Position numbers and translations under genes: made by a program
The notes under the pieces: model-generated
Told to the model about the DNA's origin: nothing
Seen by the model: the letters and a program-made list of their open reading frames with translations, nothing else
Databases searched by the model: none
Origin: an uncultured bacterium
Lineage (GTDB): Bacteria; Fidelibacterota; Marinisomatia; Marinisomatales; UBA1611
Direction of reading: 5' to 3'
DNA length: 64,000 bases
NCBI GenBank assembly: GCA_943788175.1
Contig: CALSPG010000010.1
Location: forward strand, 1-64,000
In this document: piece by piece, positions 44,205-54,423 of the stretch
Numbering within the stretch: position 1 is the first letter of the stretch
Layout of the letters: every line of letters starts with the position of its first letter

Positions 44205-44930
44205 ATGAATGTACTTGATAACCCCAAGTATTCTCATTTATTAAAACGCCAGCCTTTTTATCATCGTATTGGTAAGACATTGCTATATAACTGGGCCAAG
44301 TTTATTTTTTTTTGGTACACACCACTGAGTGTTTTTGGCAAAGAGAATATTCCCAATGATTCTTTTATTTTTTGCAGCAATCATAATGCTCATTTGGATG
44401 TCATTGCATTATCTCTTTCAGCAAATAAAAACTTTAATAATGTTGGAATGCTTGCAGCTAAAGACTATTGGTTCGATAACTGGCTTCGAAGAAACATAAT
44501 GAAACCGGTAATGAACCTCATTCCTCTTGGTCGAAAATCACACCTTGGAAAAGATATAACCTTTGAGCAAACTCTAGAATTATCAAATTGTTTTATGAAT
44601 GTTGATAAGCGTTGTATTATTATATTTCCTGAGGGAACTAGAGGTCAACCAGATGTATTAAAACGATTTCGAAAAGGTCCAGCACGATTATCAATAGGAA
44701 CAGGAAAACCAATCCTTCCTGCCGTTGTCATGGGTTCAGGAAAATCTTGGCCAAAAGGAAAATTTATTTTTAAACCTGGTAAAATTCATGTTTACATTCT
44801 AAAGCCTATAGACCCTAATTCATTCACTATAAGAGACAAAAATAATGAAAAAGACCTTTTCAAAACTGCAGAGGCCATGACAAAAGAATTAGAAGAAAAA
44901 ATTACGAGTAAATTGGAAGAATTAACATGA
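44205..44930 (+). CDS. PlsC-family (lyso)phospholipid / putative DHAP acyltransferase
   Basis: NHNAHLD (HX4D), AAKDYWF and FPEGTRG. Confidence 0.9.
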   Translation: MNVLDNPKYSHLLKRQPFYHRIGKTLLYNWAKFIFFWYTPLSVFGKENIPNDSFIFCSNHNAHLDVIALSLSANKNFNNVGMLAAKDYWFDNWLRRNIMKPVMNLIPLGRKSHLGKDITFEQTLELSNCFMNVDKRCIIIFPEGTRGQPDVLKRFRKGPARLSIGTGKPILPAVVMGSGKSWPKGKFIFKPGKIHVYILKPIDPNSFTIRDKNNEKDLFKTAEAMTKELEEKITSKLEELT

Positions 44931-46699
44931 GTAGTAGTAAAAAAGAAAAGTTTTATGGAGTAAACGATGAACTCTGGGGCCATAAATGGGGTTTTAAAGA
45001 TTCATCTTTTATAATAAATGATGACAATTCTATCACATTTACTGGCGCAAGGTATGATGGAATATCTGGAGAAAAATTGCCTTATCTAATCCCTTTTGTT
45101 ACCAAAGTTTTAGATACAGAGATAAATAAGGAACCTTACTTTAAAGAAGTTAAAAAAAAGTTTGTTTCTGAACGGATATTAAACAGAGCGTTTATTGATG
45201 CAATTGAATCTTCTTTTGCAGAAGATAAACTTTCATTAAGTGATGATGAGAGAATTCTTCACAGCCATGGCCAAAATTCTCCAGATGAAGTTTTCAAAGT
45301 ATTGTATGACAAACTTGATAAGTTCACGGATCTTATTATTTATGTTGAAACTGAGGAAGACGTTGTTTTATTAATAGACCTCGCAAAAAAACATAATGTG
45401 TGTCTTGTCCCATTTGGTGGCGGAACTAATGTCACAAATGCACTCCAGTTACCAAAGAATGAAACTAGAATGATAGTTACTGTTGACACAAGGAGATTAA
45501 ATAGAATTATTTCTATAGATCAAAAAAATCTTCTAGTTGAAGTAGAGGCTGGTATTACAGGTAAAGAATTAGAAAAGCAACTTCAAGATAAAGGGTATAC
45601 TACTGGCCACCAACCAGATAGTATTGAGCTATCTACTGTAGGTGGCTGGATATCTACTAATGCCGCAGGTATGAAAAAAAACCGATATGGAAATATTGAA
45701 GATATTGTTCAAAACCTAGTTATGGTCACTCCAAATGGGATAATAAATCAAATTGAGCCACTGGTGAGGTCCTCAATTGGTATAAAAACACAAAACATTC
45801 TTTTCGGTTCTGAAGGCAATCTAGGTATAATAACAAAAGCCACAATGAAAATTCATAGATTACCAGAATGTAGTGACTATGAATCGGTTGTCATGAAGGA
45901 TTGGAATACTGGACTGGATTTTATGTACGAGCTCGCTCACTCAAATACAATACCTGCTAGTGCAAGAATGCTTGATAGTTTACACTATCAATTTGGAAGC
46001 GCATTAAAACCAGAAAAAACAAATTTCGGAAAATTCAAAAGTAAAATTCAAAAGTTAGCATTTAAAATTAAAAATTTCGATGCAGATCATTTTGTTGCAG
46101 CAGTCTTCAAACTAGAAGGAACATTTTCCGAAGTAGAATACCAAAGAAAAAATATAAAAAATCTTGCAAGAAAGTATAATGGATTGCTTGGTGGTCGCAA
46201 GGAAGGAAAAGTTGGTTACAACATAACAATGGTTATAGCATACATACGCGAATTTTTTGTACCACAGGGGATTCTTGGCGAAACTTTAGAAACAGCAGTC
46301 CCATGGTCAAAAGTAAATCAAGTAAAAGACGAAGCAAATAAACTACTAACAAAATTGCACAAAGAATATAATCTTCCAGGAAAACCATTTTTTTGTTCAA
46401 GAGTTTCAAAAATTTATCACACTGGGGTTTGTATGTATAATACAATGGGAATTAATGTTAGAGGAGTTAAAAACCCTGAAAAAGTTTTTAGTGATATTGA
46501 GCATAAAATTAGAGCTTGTTTTATTAAAAATGGCGGTTCAATCTCGCATCATCACGGAGTAGGAAAATTGAGGAAAGAGTTTATGCCCGAGACCATTTCA
46601 ATTGGTAGTATTCAGGTGATACAGAATATTAAAAAATCACAAGACCCAGATAACATATTTGGAATTGATAACAATATTGTAAACAAGATTCAGGATTAA
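44927..46699 (+). CDS. Alkyl-dihydroxyacetonephosphate synthase (AGPS/ADS) homologue, FAD-linked
   Basis: PFGGGTNV, GHQPDSIELSTVGGWISTNAAGMKKNRYGNIED, GSEGNLGIIT, PASARMLD, ETAVPW, GVCMY, GGSISHHHGVGKLR and DPDNIFG match the eukaryotic AGPS motif set. Confidence 0.9.
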   Translation: MSSSKKEKFYGVNDELWGHKWGFKDSSFIINDDNSITFTGARYDGISGEKLPYLIPFVTKVLDTEINKEPYFKEVKKKFVSERILNRAFIDAIESSFAEDKLSLSDDERILHSHGQNSPDEVFKVLYDKLDKFTDLIIYVETEEDVVLLIDLAKKHNVCLVPFGGGTNVTNALQLPKNETRMIVTVDTRRLNRIISIDQKNLLVEVEAGITGKELEKQLQDKGYTTGHQPDSIELSTVGGWISTNAAGMKKNRYGNIEDIVQNLVMVTPNGIINQIEPLVRSSIGIKTQNILFGSEGNLGIITKATMKIHRLPECSDYESVVMKDWNTGLDFMYELAHSNTIPASARMLDSLHYQFGSALKPEKTNFGKFKSKIQKLAFKIKNFDADHFVAAVFKLEGTFSEVEYQRKNIKNLARKYNGLLGGRKEGKVGYNITMVIAYIREFFVPQGILGETLETAVPWSKVNQVKDEANKLLTKLHKEYNLPGKPFFCSRVSKIYHTGVCMYNTMGINVRGVKNPEKVFSDIEHKIRACFIKNGGSISHHHGVGKLRKEFMPETISIGSIQVIQNIKKSQDPDNIFGIDNNIVNKIQD

Positions 46700-46702
46700 T
46701 CT

Positions 46703-47503
46703 TTGGACCTTGTTAATAAAGTATGCGTAATAACTGGAGCGTCTTCCGGTATTGGAAAATCTTTAGCAACAAAACTTTCCCTAAGAGGTGCTAAAGTTGT
46801 TTTAGCCGCAAGAAGAAACTCTAAACTTGAAGAAATAAGACAAGGCATTGAAAAAGAAGGCGGTAAATGCTTTGGTGTGAAAACAGATATTACTAAAAAA
46901 TTAGAATGTAAGAATCTCATTGATGAGACAATTAATCGATATAAAAAAATAGATATATTAATTCTAGCTGCTGGTGTAAGTATGTGGTCCCCATTTGAAG
47001 AAATATCTGATATTTCTTTTTTTGATGACCTTATGGCCACTAATTATACTGGTGCAGTCCATTGCGTTCATGCAGCCTTACCTAGCCTTATATCAACAAA
47101 TGGTATGATTGTTTCCTGCTCAACTGCACAAGCGATTGTAGGATTTACAAACCATTCTGGTTATGCTGCCTCAAAACATGCTTTGCACGGTTTTTTAGAT
47201 ACTTTAGAAATGGAACTTAATGGTAAAGTAAAATTTTTAGAAACTTGTTTGGGTTGGATTAAAGGAACAAATATGCGATCTAATGCATTTGGTCCTAATG
47301 GTAAAAAAATGGGCGAAACAAAAAGAAAACACAGTAGTAATTCTGTTGATCTAGATGTTTGTATTGAAAAAATAATTTCTGCTATAGTAATTGAAAAAGA
47401 GAAAGTTTACATTCCTTGGAAGCTGAAATTGATTCCATTTCTTGATTTATTTTTTGGAAAATTTCTAAGAAACAAAATAAATAGAGCAGTACACTCTGAA
47501 TAA
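46703..47503 (+). CDS. Classical SDR oxidoreductase (NADP-type), putative acyl/alkyl-DHAP reductase
   Basis: TGASSGIG, AARR, TNYTG and YAASK; 3 nt after the AGPS stop. Confidence 0.85.
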   Translation: MDLVNKVCVITGASSGIGKSLATKLSLRGAKVVLAARRNSKLEEIRQGIEKEGGKCFGVKTDITKKLECKNLIDETINRYKKIDILILAAGVSMWSPFEEISDISFFDDLMATNYTGAVHCVHAALPSLISTNGMIVSCSTAQAIVGFTNHSGYAASKHALHGFLDTLEMELNGKVKFLETCLGWIKGTNMRSNAFGPNGKKMGETKRKHSSNSVDLDVCIEKIISAIVIEKEKVYIPWKLKLIPFLDLFFGKFLRNKINRAVHSE

Positions 47504-47526
47504 TGTACTAAGCTTTGCTTTTTTAA

Positions 47527-48672
47527 TTACTTTACCATTTTTAAATATTTAGATATAATTCTCAACATTATTTCGTCTGTACCACCACCTATTGAGTGGA
47601 GTCGTCCATCTCGGTATAGTTTTGCTGCTTGATTTTCCCAAGTGAATCCCATTCCACCATAGTACTGAATACACGTATCAGCAACCTCTCGAATTAATCT
47701 ACCACTCTTTAATTTTGCCATTGATGCCAATAAAGTAACATCCTCGCCTCTGATGTAATTTTCACACGCCCTATATATCAAAGACCTTAAAGCTTCTACT
47801 TCTGTTTTTAACTCAGATAAGCGAAATTGAATTGCTTGATTATCAATTATATTTTTTCCAAATGCTTTTCTTTCGCTACAATATTCTATTGTGTAATCTA
47901 TACAATTATCCATTGAAACAAGTATGCTTGCTGCTAGAAAGAGCCTTTCTTCTTGAAACTGCTCCATTTGCATCTTGAAACCATCCCCTTCAATTCCAAT
48001 TCTATATTTTTGAGGAACACATACATTATCAAAATAGACTGGTGCTGTATCTGAAGATCTAAAACCTAGTTTGTCAATTTTATCACCAATACTTACTCCT
48101 TTTGTATTTGACGGTATTATAATTAAGGACTTATTTATATGAGGTTTATCATCACTTGTATTAACTAGCGTACAAAAATAGTCAGCTTGAGTTGCATTTG
48201 TTATCCACATTTTTTGACCATTAATTATGTAATCCTTTCCTCTTTTAATAGCATTAGTTTTTAGCGATGATACATCTGAACCACCACCAACTTCACTTAT
48301 AGCAACAGAAGTAACTTTTTCACCTTTAATTGCAGGAACTAAAAACTCCTTTTTTAATTCTTCAGAACCATACCGCTCAAGGGCTGGTGTTGCCATATCA
48401 GTTTGCACACCTATTGCTGTAACTACACCACAATCGTCAGCGTGTCCTAAGGCCTCAGCAAATATTAGACCATAACTATAATCTAAACCCATGCCGCCAA
48501 AATCTTCACTCTTGGTTATACCAAGCAAATCCAGTTTACCCATTTTTTTAAACAAATCATGAGCAGGAAAAAAACCATTTTGTTCCCATTCATCGGCAAA
48601 AGGTTTGATCTCTTTTTTTACAAATTCTTTTACCGTATTAAACAATGCTTTTTTTTCTTCATTCAAATACAT
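47527..48672 (-). CDS. Acyl-CoA dehydrogenase, citronellyl-CoA dehydrogenase (AtuD)-like
   Basis: GVQTDMATPAL, SEVGGGSDV, INGQKMWITN, QFQEER and SIGGGTDEIM; in an atuA-atuC context. Confidence 0.88.
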   Translation of the reverse strand: MYLNEEKKALFNTVKEFVKKEIKPFADEWEQNGFFPAHDLFKKMGKLDLLGITKSEDFGGMGLDYSYGLIFAEALGHADDCGVVTAIGVQTDMATPALERYGSEELKKEFLVPAIKGEKVTSVAISEVGGGSDVSSLKTNAIKRGKDYIINGQKMWITNATQADYFCTLVNTSDDKPHINKSLIIIPSNTKGVSIGDKIDKLGFRSSDTAPVYFDNVCVPQKYRIGIEGDGFKMQMEQFQEERLFLAASILVSMDNCIDYTIEYCSERKAFGKNIIDNQAIQFRLSELKTEVEALRSLIYRACENYIRGEDVTLLASMAKLKSGRLIREVADTCIQYYGGMGFTWENQAAKLYRDGRLHSIGGGTDEIMLRIISKYLKMVK

Positions 48673-48697
48673 TTATTATCCTTTATTGTGATATAAA

Positions 48698-49498
48698 TTA
48701 TTTTTTAATTGTCCACGATGGTTTACGTTTATTAAAAAAAGAGTCAAATCCTTCTCTTCCATCATTACTAATAATACTATCAGAAAATAAATCAGCTGCT
48801 CTCCGGGAATCAATATTTTGGTTTAAGGACAATATTTTTTTAGTAGTCGCTATTGCAGCAGGCGAGCAGTTGATGACATCAGATTTAAAATCGTTTATTT
48901 TTTTTTCAAGTGCCTCATTATTATTTGCAACAAAATCAACCAATCCAATTTTACTTGCCTCCAACCCATCAATTATAGTTCCCAAAAGCATCATTTTTCT
49001 CGCTTTTGAATAGCCTAATTTATTTATTACATATTTTGAAATTTGTGATGGCGTTAGACCTATTTTAGTTTCAGTGAGACCAAATTTTGTATTTTCCAAA
49101 GATATAACAAAATCTGAAGCACACGCGATCCCAAAACCGCCAGCAAGTGCAAACCCCTCCGTAACCGAAACGACAATTTGAGGCGCTTGATTTATCACTT
49201 TAAGTAATTTCCCAATGGTCATACTAAAATCATATGCTTGATTTTTAGCTTCTTTTCCTGATTCAGTTATTTTTTTCATTTTTTTTAAATCTGCTCCAGC
49301 ACAAAATACACCACCATCACCCCTTAAAAAAATTGCACGAATATCTTTATTATCCTTTGCAACGTCAAAGACAATTAATAGTTCTTCGACTAAACTTTCT
49401 TTAAGGGAATTCCTGTTTACCGCATTATTAAACAGTATTTCTAGCCAACCATTTTTATTATTTAATATAAGATCTTGTGTTTTTGGAAATTGATTCAT
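48698..49498 (-). CDS. Enoyl-CoA hydratase, isohexenylglutaconyl/methylglutaconyl-CoA hydratase (AtuE/LiuC)-like
   Basis: FCAGADL, ALAGGFGIACASD, FGLTETKIGLTP and EGFDSFFNKRKPSW. Confidence 0.85.
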   Translation of the reverse strand: MNQFPKTQDLILNNKNGWLEILFNNAVNRNSLKESLVEELLIVFDVAKDNKDIRAIFLRGDGGVFCAGADLKKMKKITESGKEAKNQAYDFSMTIGKLLKVINQAPQIVVSVTEGFALAGGFGIACASDFVISLENTKFGLTETKIGLTPSQISKYVINKLGYSKARKMMLLGTIIDGLEASKIGLVDFVANNNEALEKKINDFKSDVINCSPAAIATTKKILSLNQNIDSRRAADLFSDSIISNDGREGFDSFFNKRKPSWTIKK

Positions 49499-49535
49499 TC
49501 TGTATCCATAATTTAAAAAAGTCTGCCTTAAGTAA

Positions 49536-51158
49536 TTATAACCTAGCGATACCAAAACTATTAGATTTGGTAGTGCGGTTTAACGTTTCCCAAAATGTAT
49601 CTAATAAAAAACCGAGGATTTCTCTTGTTTTGACTGGTTCAATAATACCATAGTCTAATCCTCTACCAGAAGTGGTAAAAGCATCAGATTGAGCATTATA
49701 TTTTTCAGCAATTTTAATTATTTGGTTTTTCAATTTTTCATTATCTATCTCTACACCTTTTCTTTTAGCAGAACTAATCATAACCTGCTCCATGGTTTTT
49801 GCAGCTTGTTCTCCTCCCATTACACCAATCATTGCATTAGGCCACGAAAATATAAAATCAGGCTTATAAGCATACCCACACATAGCATAATTTCCTGCTC
49901 CAAAACTAGCACCTATATTAAAAGTTATTTTAGGAACTCTTACATTTGATACCGCTTGAATTAACTTTGCTCCATGTTTAATCATACCAAGTTGCTCAGA
50001 TTGTTTTCCAACCATAAACCCAGTTGTATTACTTAAAAATATTAATGGGATATTTGACTGATCACATAATTGAATGAATTGAGCTGCTTTTGTAGCACCG
50101 TTTGGGTCAATGGGGCCATTATTACCTATTACCCCACAGGGATGACCATAAATTTTTGTTTGGATACAGACAGTGGAAACACCATAGAGAGGCTTAAAAT
50201 CAATAAAATCAGAACCGTCAACAAGCCTTGCCACAACCTCTCGAACATCGTAAGGGATTTTGTAATCAGCAGAGACAACCCCAATTAATTCATTCACATC
50301 ATAAATTGGATTATCAAACGAGATGTTTTCACGACTCTTTAAACTAGAATTCCAATCAATTTTATCAATTACTTCTCGTGTGATTTTTATGGCATGTTCA
50401 TCATCTTCAGCAAGATATTCTACTAAACCTGTAATTCTTGCATGCATTTCGCTGCCACCTAACTCATCTTTATCTGCGATCTGTCCAGTCGCTGCTTTTA
50501 GCAATGCTGGTCCAGCTAATGCAGCCATTCCATTTTTTTTTACACCTACTACGTAGTCACTCATACCAGGTTGATATGCACCACCTGCCGTAGACAGACC
50601 ATGCAATATTGCAATTGTAGGAATTCCTGCAGCACTAAGTTTTGCAAGTCCATAAAACATACCTCCAGTATTAGACCAAAATTCAACTGTATAGTTCATT
50701 AAATTAATTCCAGCACTTTCAACAAGGTGAATAAATGGTAATTTTTGTTTTAAGGATATTTCTAAGCAACCTAATGCTTTATCAATCGATTTTGCGGTCA
50801 AGGCGCCCGCATTTATTCCACTATCATCAACAAAGACCATACTTCGGACACCACTTATAAATCCAATGCCAGCAATTACACTAGCTCCGGAGATGCTAGT
50901 ATCTTCATTATTATCATCTACTAAATAACTAATCATATTAAATAATTCTATAAAAGACGTATTAGGATCTAATAATGCTGAAAGTCTTTCTCTAGGAGTA
51001 AGCTGCCCTCTTTCAATAAATTTTTCTCTTCGTCTTTCTGACACCTTTTCAGCTCGTCCTTTTATAGAATTCATTTTTTTAATTAACGAACCAAACTGAT
51101 TTTTATTATTTATAAAATTCTCGGATTCAGAATCTATTTTAGTTTTAAATATTGTCAT
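49536..51158 (-). CDS. Acyl-CoA carboxylase carboxyltransferase subunit, geranyl-CoA carboxylase (AtuC)-like
   Basis: LTPRER..LLDP, LVESAG, STAGGAYQPGMSDY, NTTGFMVG and GASFGAGNYAMCG. Confidence 0.9.
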   Translation of the reverse strand: MTIFKTKIDSESENFINNKNQFGSLIKKMNSIKGRAEKVSERRREKFIERGQLTPRERLSALLDPNTSFIELFNMISYLVDDNNEDTSISGASVIAGIGFISGVRSMVFVDDSGINAGALTAKSIDKALGCLEISLKQKLPFIHLVESAGINLMNYTVEFWSNTGGMFYGLAKLSAAGIPTIAILHGLSTAGGAYQPGMSDYVVGVKKNGMAALAGPALLKAATGQIADKDELGGSEMHARITGLVEYLAEDDEHAIKITREVIDKIDWNSSLKSRENISFDNPIYDVNELIGVVSADYKIPYDVREVVARLVDGSDFIDFKPLYGVSTVCIQTKIYGHPCGVIGNNGPIDPNGATKAAQFIQLCDQSNIPLIFLSNTTGFMVGKQSEQLGMIKHGAKLIQAVSNVRVPKITFNIGASFGAGNYAMCGYAYKPDFIFSWPNAMIGVMGGEQAAKTMEQVMISSAKRKGVEIDNEKLKNQIIKIAEKYNAQSDAFTTSGRGLDYGIIEPVKTREILGFLLDTFWETLNRTTKSNSFGIARL

Positions 51159-51179
51159 TCACTTTACCTATTTTATCGA

Positions 51180-52970
51180 TCAAAAATTATCTTTTGTTAT
51201 TTTTTTATAAATTAATTCTGGAATCGCAATCTTTGCATTTAAAATGTATTGAGCATAAGCCTTTCCCTGGGGGTCAAGAAGTAAGCTCGACATTCCACCA
51301 CCTCCTAGACTATTTTTTACTAAAAAGTTCAATCCATTTATTTTTGGTAGCTCCCAGCAAACAACAGATTTTTCAGTACAATTTTTAAAAAAAGAAGATA
51401 TTTTTTCCGTAGTCAAAGTTTTTTTTATATATGAAAAATATTCAGGCTCTCTAGAAATAATACCAACGTTTACATGATTACCTTTATCCCCACTTCTAGC
51501 ATATGCCAAATTTATTAAACGAGTTTCAAAACTATAATCGCTAGTATTACCACCTAACTTCGCAGGCGTTGTATTTGAAGAGATATTTAATTTATCAGAA
51601 TTTTCAATTTCAACGGATTCTACGGTATTATTAAAATCAATCTGGCATTTAACTTTCTTTTTATCTAACATAAAAGAAAATAAATTAATTGACGGAGAAA
51701 TTGATGGCCTTCCACCTAAATAGTTCATTATACCCGGAGCCATCCCAGTAGCCGCTTGAGCTATTTCCCTAGATAATATAATAAGAGCTTCTTTTTCTTC
51801 ATGCCTTGCAGCAACTCTTAATACCACTTCATTGCTACCTTTGAAATTACTATGATCATTGATATTTTCAGATCCTATTACAGAAACATTAATATCTTTA
51901 TATGCAGAAAAATTTTGTTCAATAAAAATATCTTTAGTTCTTTTTAAAATGGAATTACCAACAGAGTATGCTTTTTTTACGGCTTTCGGACCACCTATAA
52001 CTAAAGTTGCAACAGTTTTAAATCCGTCTTGGTATGTTGCAGACACTTTATAGAAGTTTGAAGGCCTGTTGCCTTTCACTCCTTTTACCGAAACGACATC
52101 ATTACCCTTATCTTTAATGGAGACATTTGTGAAATCACATATCACATCGGGAAGGAGGTAACTACTCGGATTTCCAATTTCGTACAAAAACTGTTCTGCA
52201 ACTGTTCCAAAATTGACAATTCCTCCAGTATTTTTAGGCTTTGTAACAATAAAGTTACCATTTTTTTCTACTTCTATAATTGGAAACCCAATATTATCAA
52301 ACCTTTCTACAGATTCCCAATCAGTAAAGTTTCCACCAGTGCATTGAGCTCCACACTCAATAATGTGCCCTGCTAGACTACCACTAGCAAGGAGGTCATA
52401 GTCATCAGTCTTCCAATCAAATTCATACATTAAAGGACCAAGTACTAAAGCACTATCAACGCATCTGCCAGTAATTACTATATCAGCATCAAGCTCTAAG
52501 GCTGCCTTTATTCCTGGAGCACCTAGATACGCATTCACGCTTAATAAGTTTTCTGGAAGGGACTCATTTGTATCAATTTCTTTGATATTACTTGAGCGTA
52601 AATCTTTTTCAAGATGTAAAAGATCATCACCTTCAAGTATTATAATTTTTAAATCAACAGCTTCTTTTTTTGCTTCTTCAAGCAATGCTTTTCTACACGC
52701 TTCAAGATTCACTCCACCAGCATTACTTATAATTTTGATGTTCTTTTCTTTAATTTTTTTTATTAAAGGACCAACGTGGTTTATAAAATCTTTAGCATAA
52801 CCATGACTATTATTTTTTAATTTTGCACCTGCCAAAATTGACATTGAAACCTCTGCTAAGTAGTCAAAAACTAAATAATTAATGTTGCCCTTATTTACTA
52901 ATTGAGGGGCAGCAATATCGGTGTCACCCCAAAACCCTGATGCACAACCTATTTTAACCTTTTTTTTCAA
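51180..52970 (-). CDS. atuA: Acyclic terpene utilisation AtuA family protein
   Basis: IGCASGFWGD, FDYLAEV, SNAGGVN, NAYLG, VITGRCVD, GHIIECGAQCTGGNF, ARSGDKGN and DPQGK. Confidence 0.92.
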   Translation of the reverse strand: MKKKVKIGCASGFWGDTDIAAPQLVNKGNINYLVFDYLAEVSMSILAGAKLKNNSHGYAKDFINHVGPLIKKIKEKNIKIISNAGGVNLEACRKALLEEAKKEAVDLKIIILEGDDLLHLEKDLRSSNIKEIDTNESLPENLLSVNAYLGAPGIKAALELDADIVITGRCVDSALVLGPLMYEFDWKTDDYDLLASGSLAGHIIECGAQCTGGNFTDWESVERFDNIGFPIIEVEKNGNFIVTKPKNTGGIVNFGTVAEQFLYEIGNPSSYLLPDVICDFTNVSIKDKGNDVVSVKGVKGNRPSNFYKVSATYQDGFKTVATLVIGGPKAVKKAYSVGNSILKRTKDIFIEQNFSAYKDINVSVIGSENINDHSNFKGSNEVVLRVAARHEEKEALIILSREIAQAATGMAPGIMNYLGGRPSISPSINLFSFMLDKKKVKCQIDFNNTVESVEIENSDKLNISSNTTPAKLGGNTSDYSFETRLINLAYARSGDKGNHVNVGIISREPEYFSYIKKTLTTEKISSFFKNCTEKSVVCWELPKINGLNFLVKNSLGGGGMSSLLLDPQGKAYAQYILNAKIAIPELIYKKITKDNF

Positions 52971-53110
52971 ATACTATAACCTTTCAAACATTGATTCATT
53001 AATTATACAAAAAAAATAAGCACTCAAACATGATAAAATGGAATTCGTTAAATATCTGTAATTATCTATCATTTAAATATATTTTCAGTATAAATAAACT
53101 AATAAAATAT

Positions 53111-54389
53111 TTAAGAAAATAGTTCATTGATATCTTTTACTCCATTAAAAAAAGAAGGCACTAAAAAGCGATTACCAAAGGAATCAAATAAGTCATTAGA
53201 TTTTATTTTAAATTTATCTATACCATAATTTTCAATATATGAAAAAACACCTGGTTTTGGAAACCCCCAGCCGTATACACTGCCTACATTAGCTTCAGCT
53301 AGAGAATTAAGAACCCCCTGATCATAACAATTAAGAGCTTCAATTACTTGAGAAAATATCAAACGCTCGCACATTCGGTTTTTTGAAATTTCTTTACGAT
53401 TTGATGTGATTTTTGTACCAAGGCCAGACCATAATTTTTTAACTCCATTTTCAGGATAGTCGTAAGAACCCTTTTTTGTTGATTCTTCCTAATCGACCAA
53501 ATTCATTAATCATCAAACTAAGTACTTCATCCCATGGCTGTTCTAAAAGTTTTGATTCTCCACTATCAGTATTTTTTCGTTCTTGATTTCGAATGTTAAA
53601 AGCAACCTTTAAGCTAATCTCATCAAGGACAGCTAATGGCCCAACAGGGAAGCCGACCTCTTTACCTGCTGATTCTATAGCATAAGCATCATTACCTTCA
53701 TGAAGTAAAGCCATCCCTTCCAATGCATATTTCATAAAAACACGGGTAGTAAAGAAACCAGGAGCATCATTTACAACTACAGGTATTTTTTTAATTGTTT
53801 TAACAAAGTCTAATGTTCTAGCCAACGTATTAGAACTTGTAAAATCACTTTTAATAATTTCAACAAGTTTCATCTTATGGACAGGAGAAAAAAAATGGAT
53901 GCCAATAAAATTTTCTGGTCGAACTGATACTTTTGCCAATTTAGATATTGGAATGGTAGATGTGTTTGAGGAAAAAATGCTATTATTTTCTATGATCTTT
54001 TCAGCAGCGATAGTTACGTCTCTTTTTAGAGCTGTATCTTCATAAACTGCTTCAATCACTAAATCACAGCCTTTTAAATCAGATACCTCAGTTGATACTT
54101 TTATACTTTCTAAACACTTTTCCATTTGACTATTTGAAAAGAAGTTTTGCCTAACATCATTTTTAAAAATTTCTTCAATTTTTGAAAACGCAGTTAATAC
54201 ATTTTTCTTTGAGTTATCTATTAAAATAACTTTAAACCCGTAATAAGATGAAACATAAGCAATTCCATGCCCCATTAGTCCAGAACCAATAATTCCTATC
54301 TTTTTAAATTTTGATTTTAAGGATCCTGATGTTCTTAAAGATTTAATTTTAATCTCCTTTAAGAAATTTGAAAAAGTATCTTCTGTCAT
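53111..54389 (-). CDS. 3-hydroxyacyl-CoA dehydrogenase (FadJ/FadB C-terminal part only), frameshift at ~53470
   Basis: GSGLMGHG, VIEAVYE, SNTSTIPI, HFFSP...LVE and GFPVGPL; the second C-terminal domain (ANVGSVYGWGFP) is in ORF 53111-53374. Confidence 0.85.
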
Positions 54390-54423
54390 GAAATGTTTAA
54401 ATTATTAAAACCACTAATTAATT

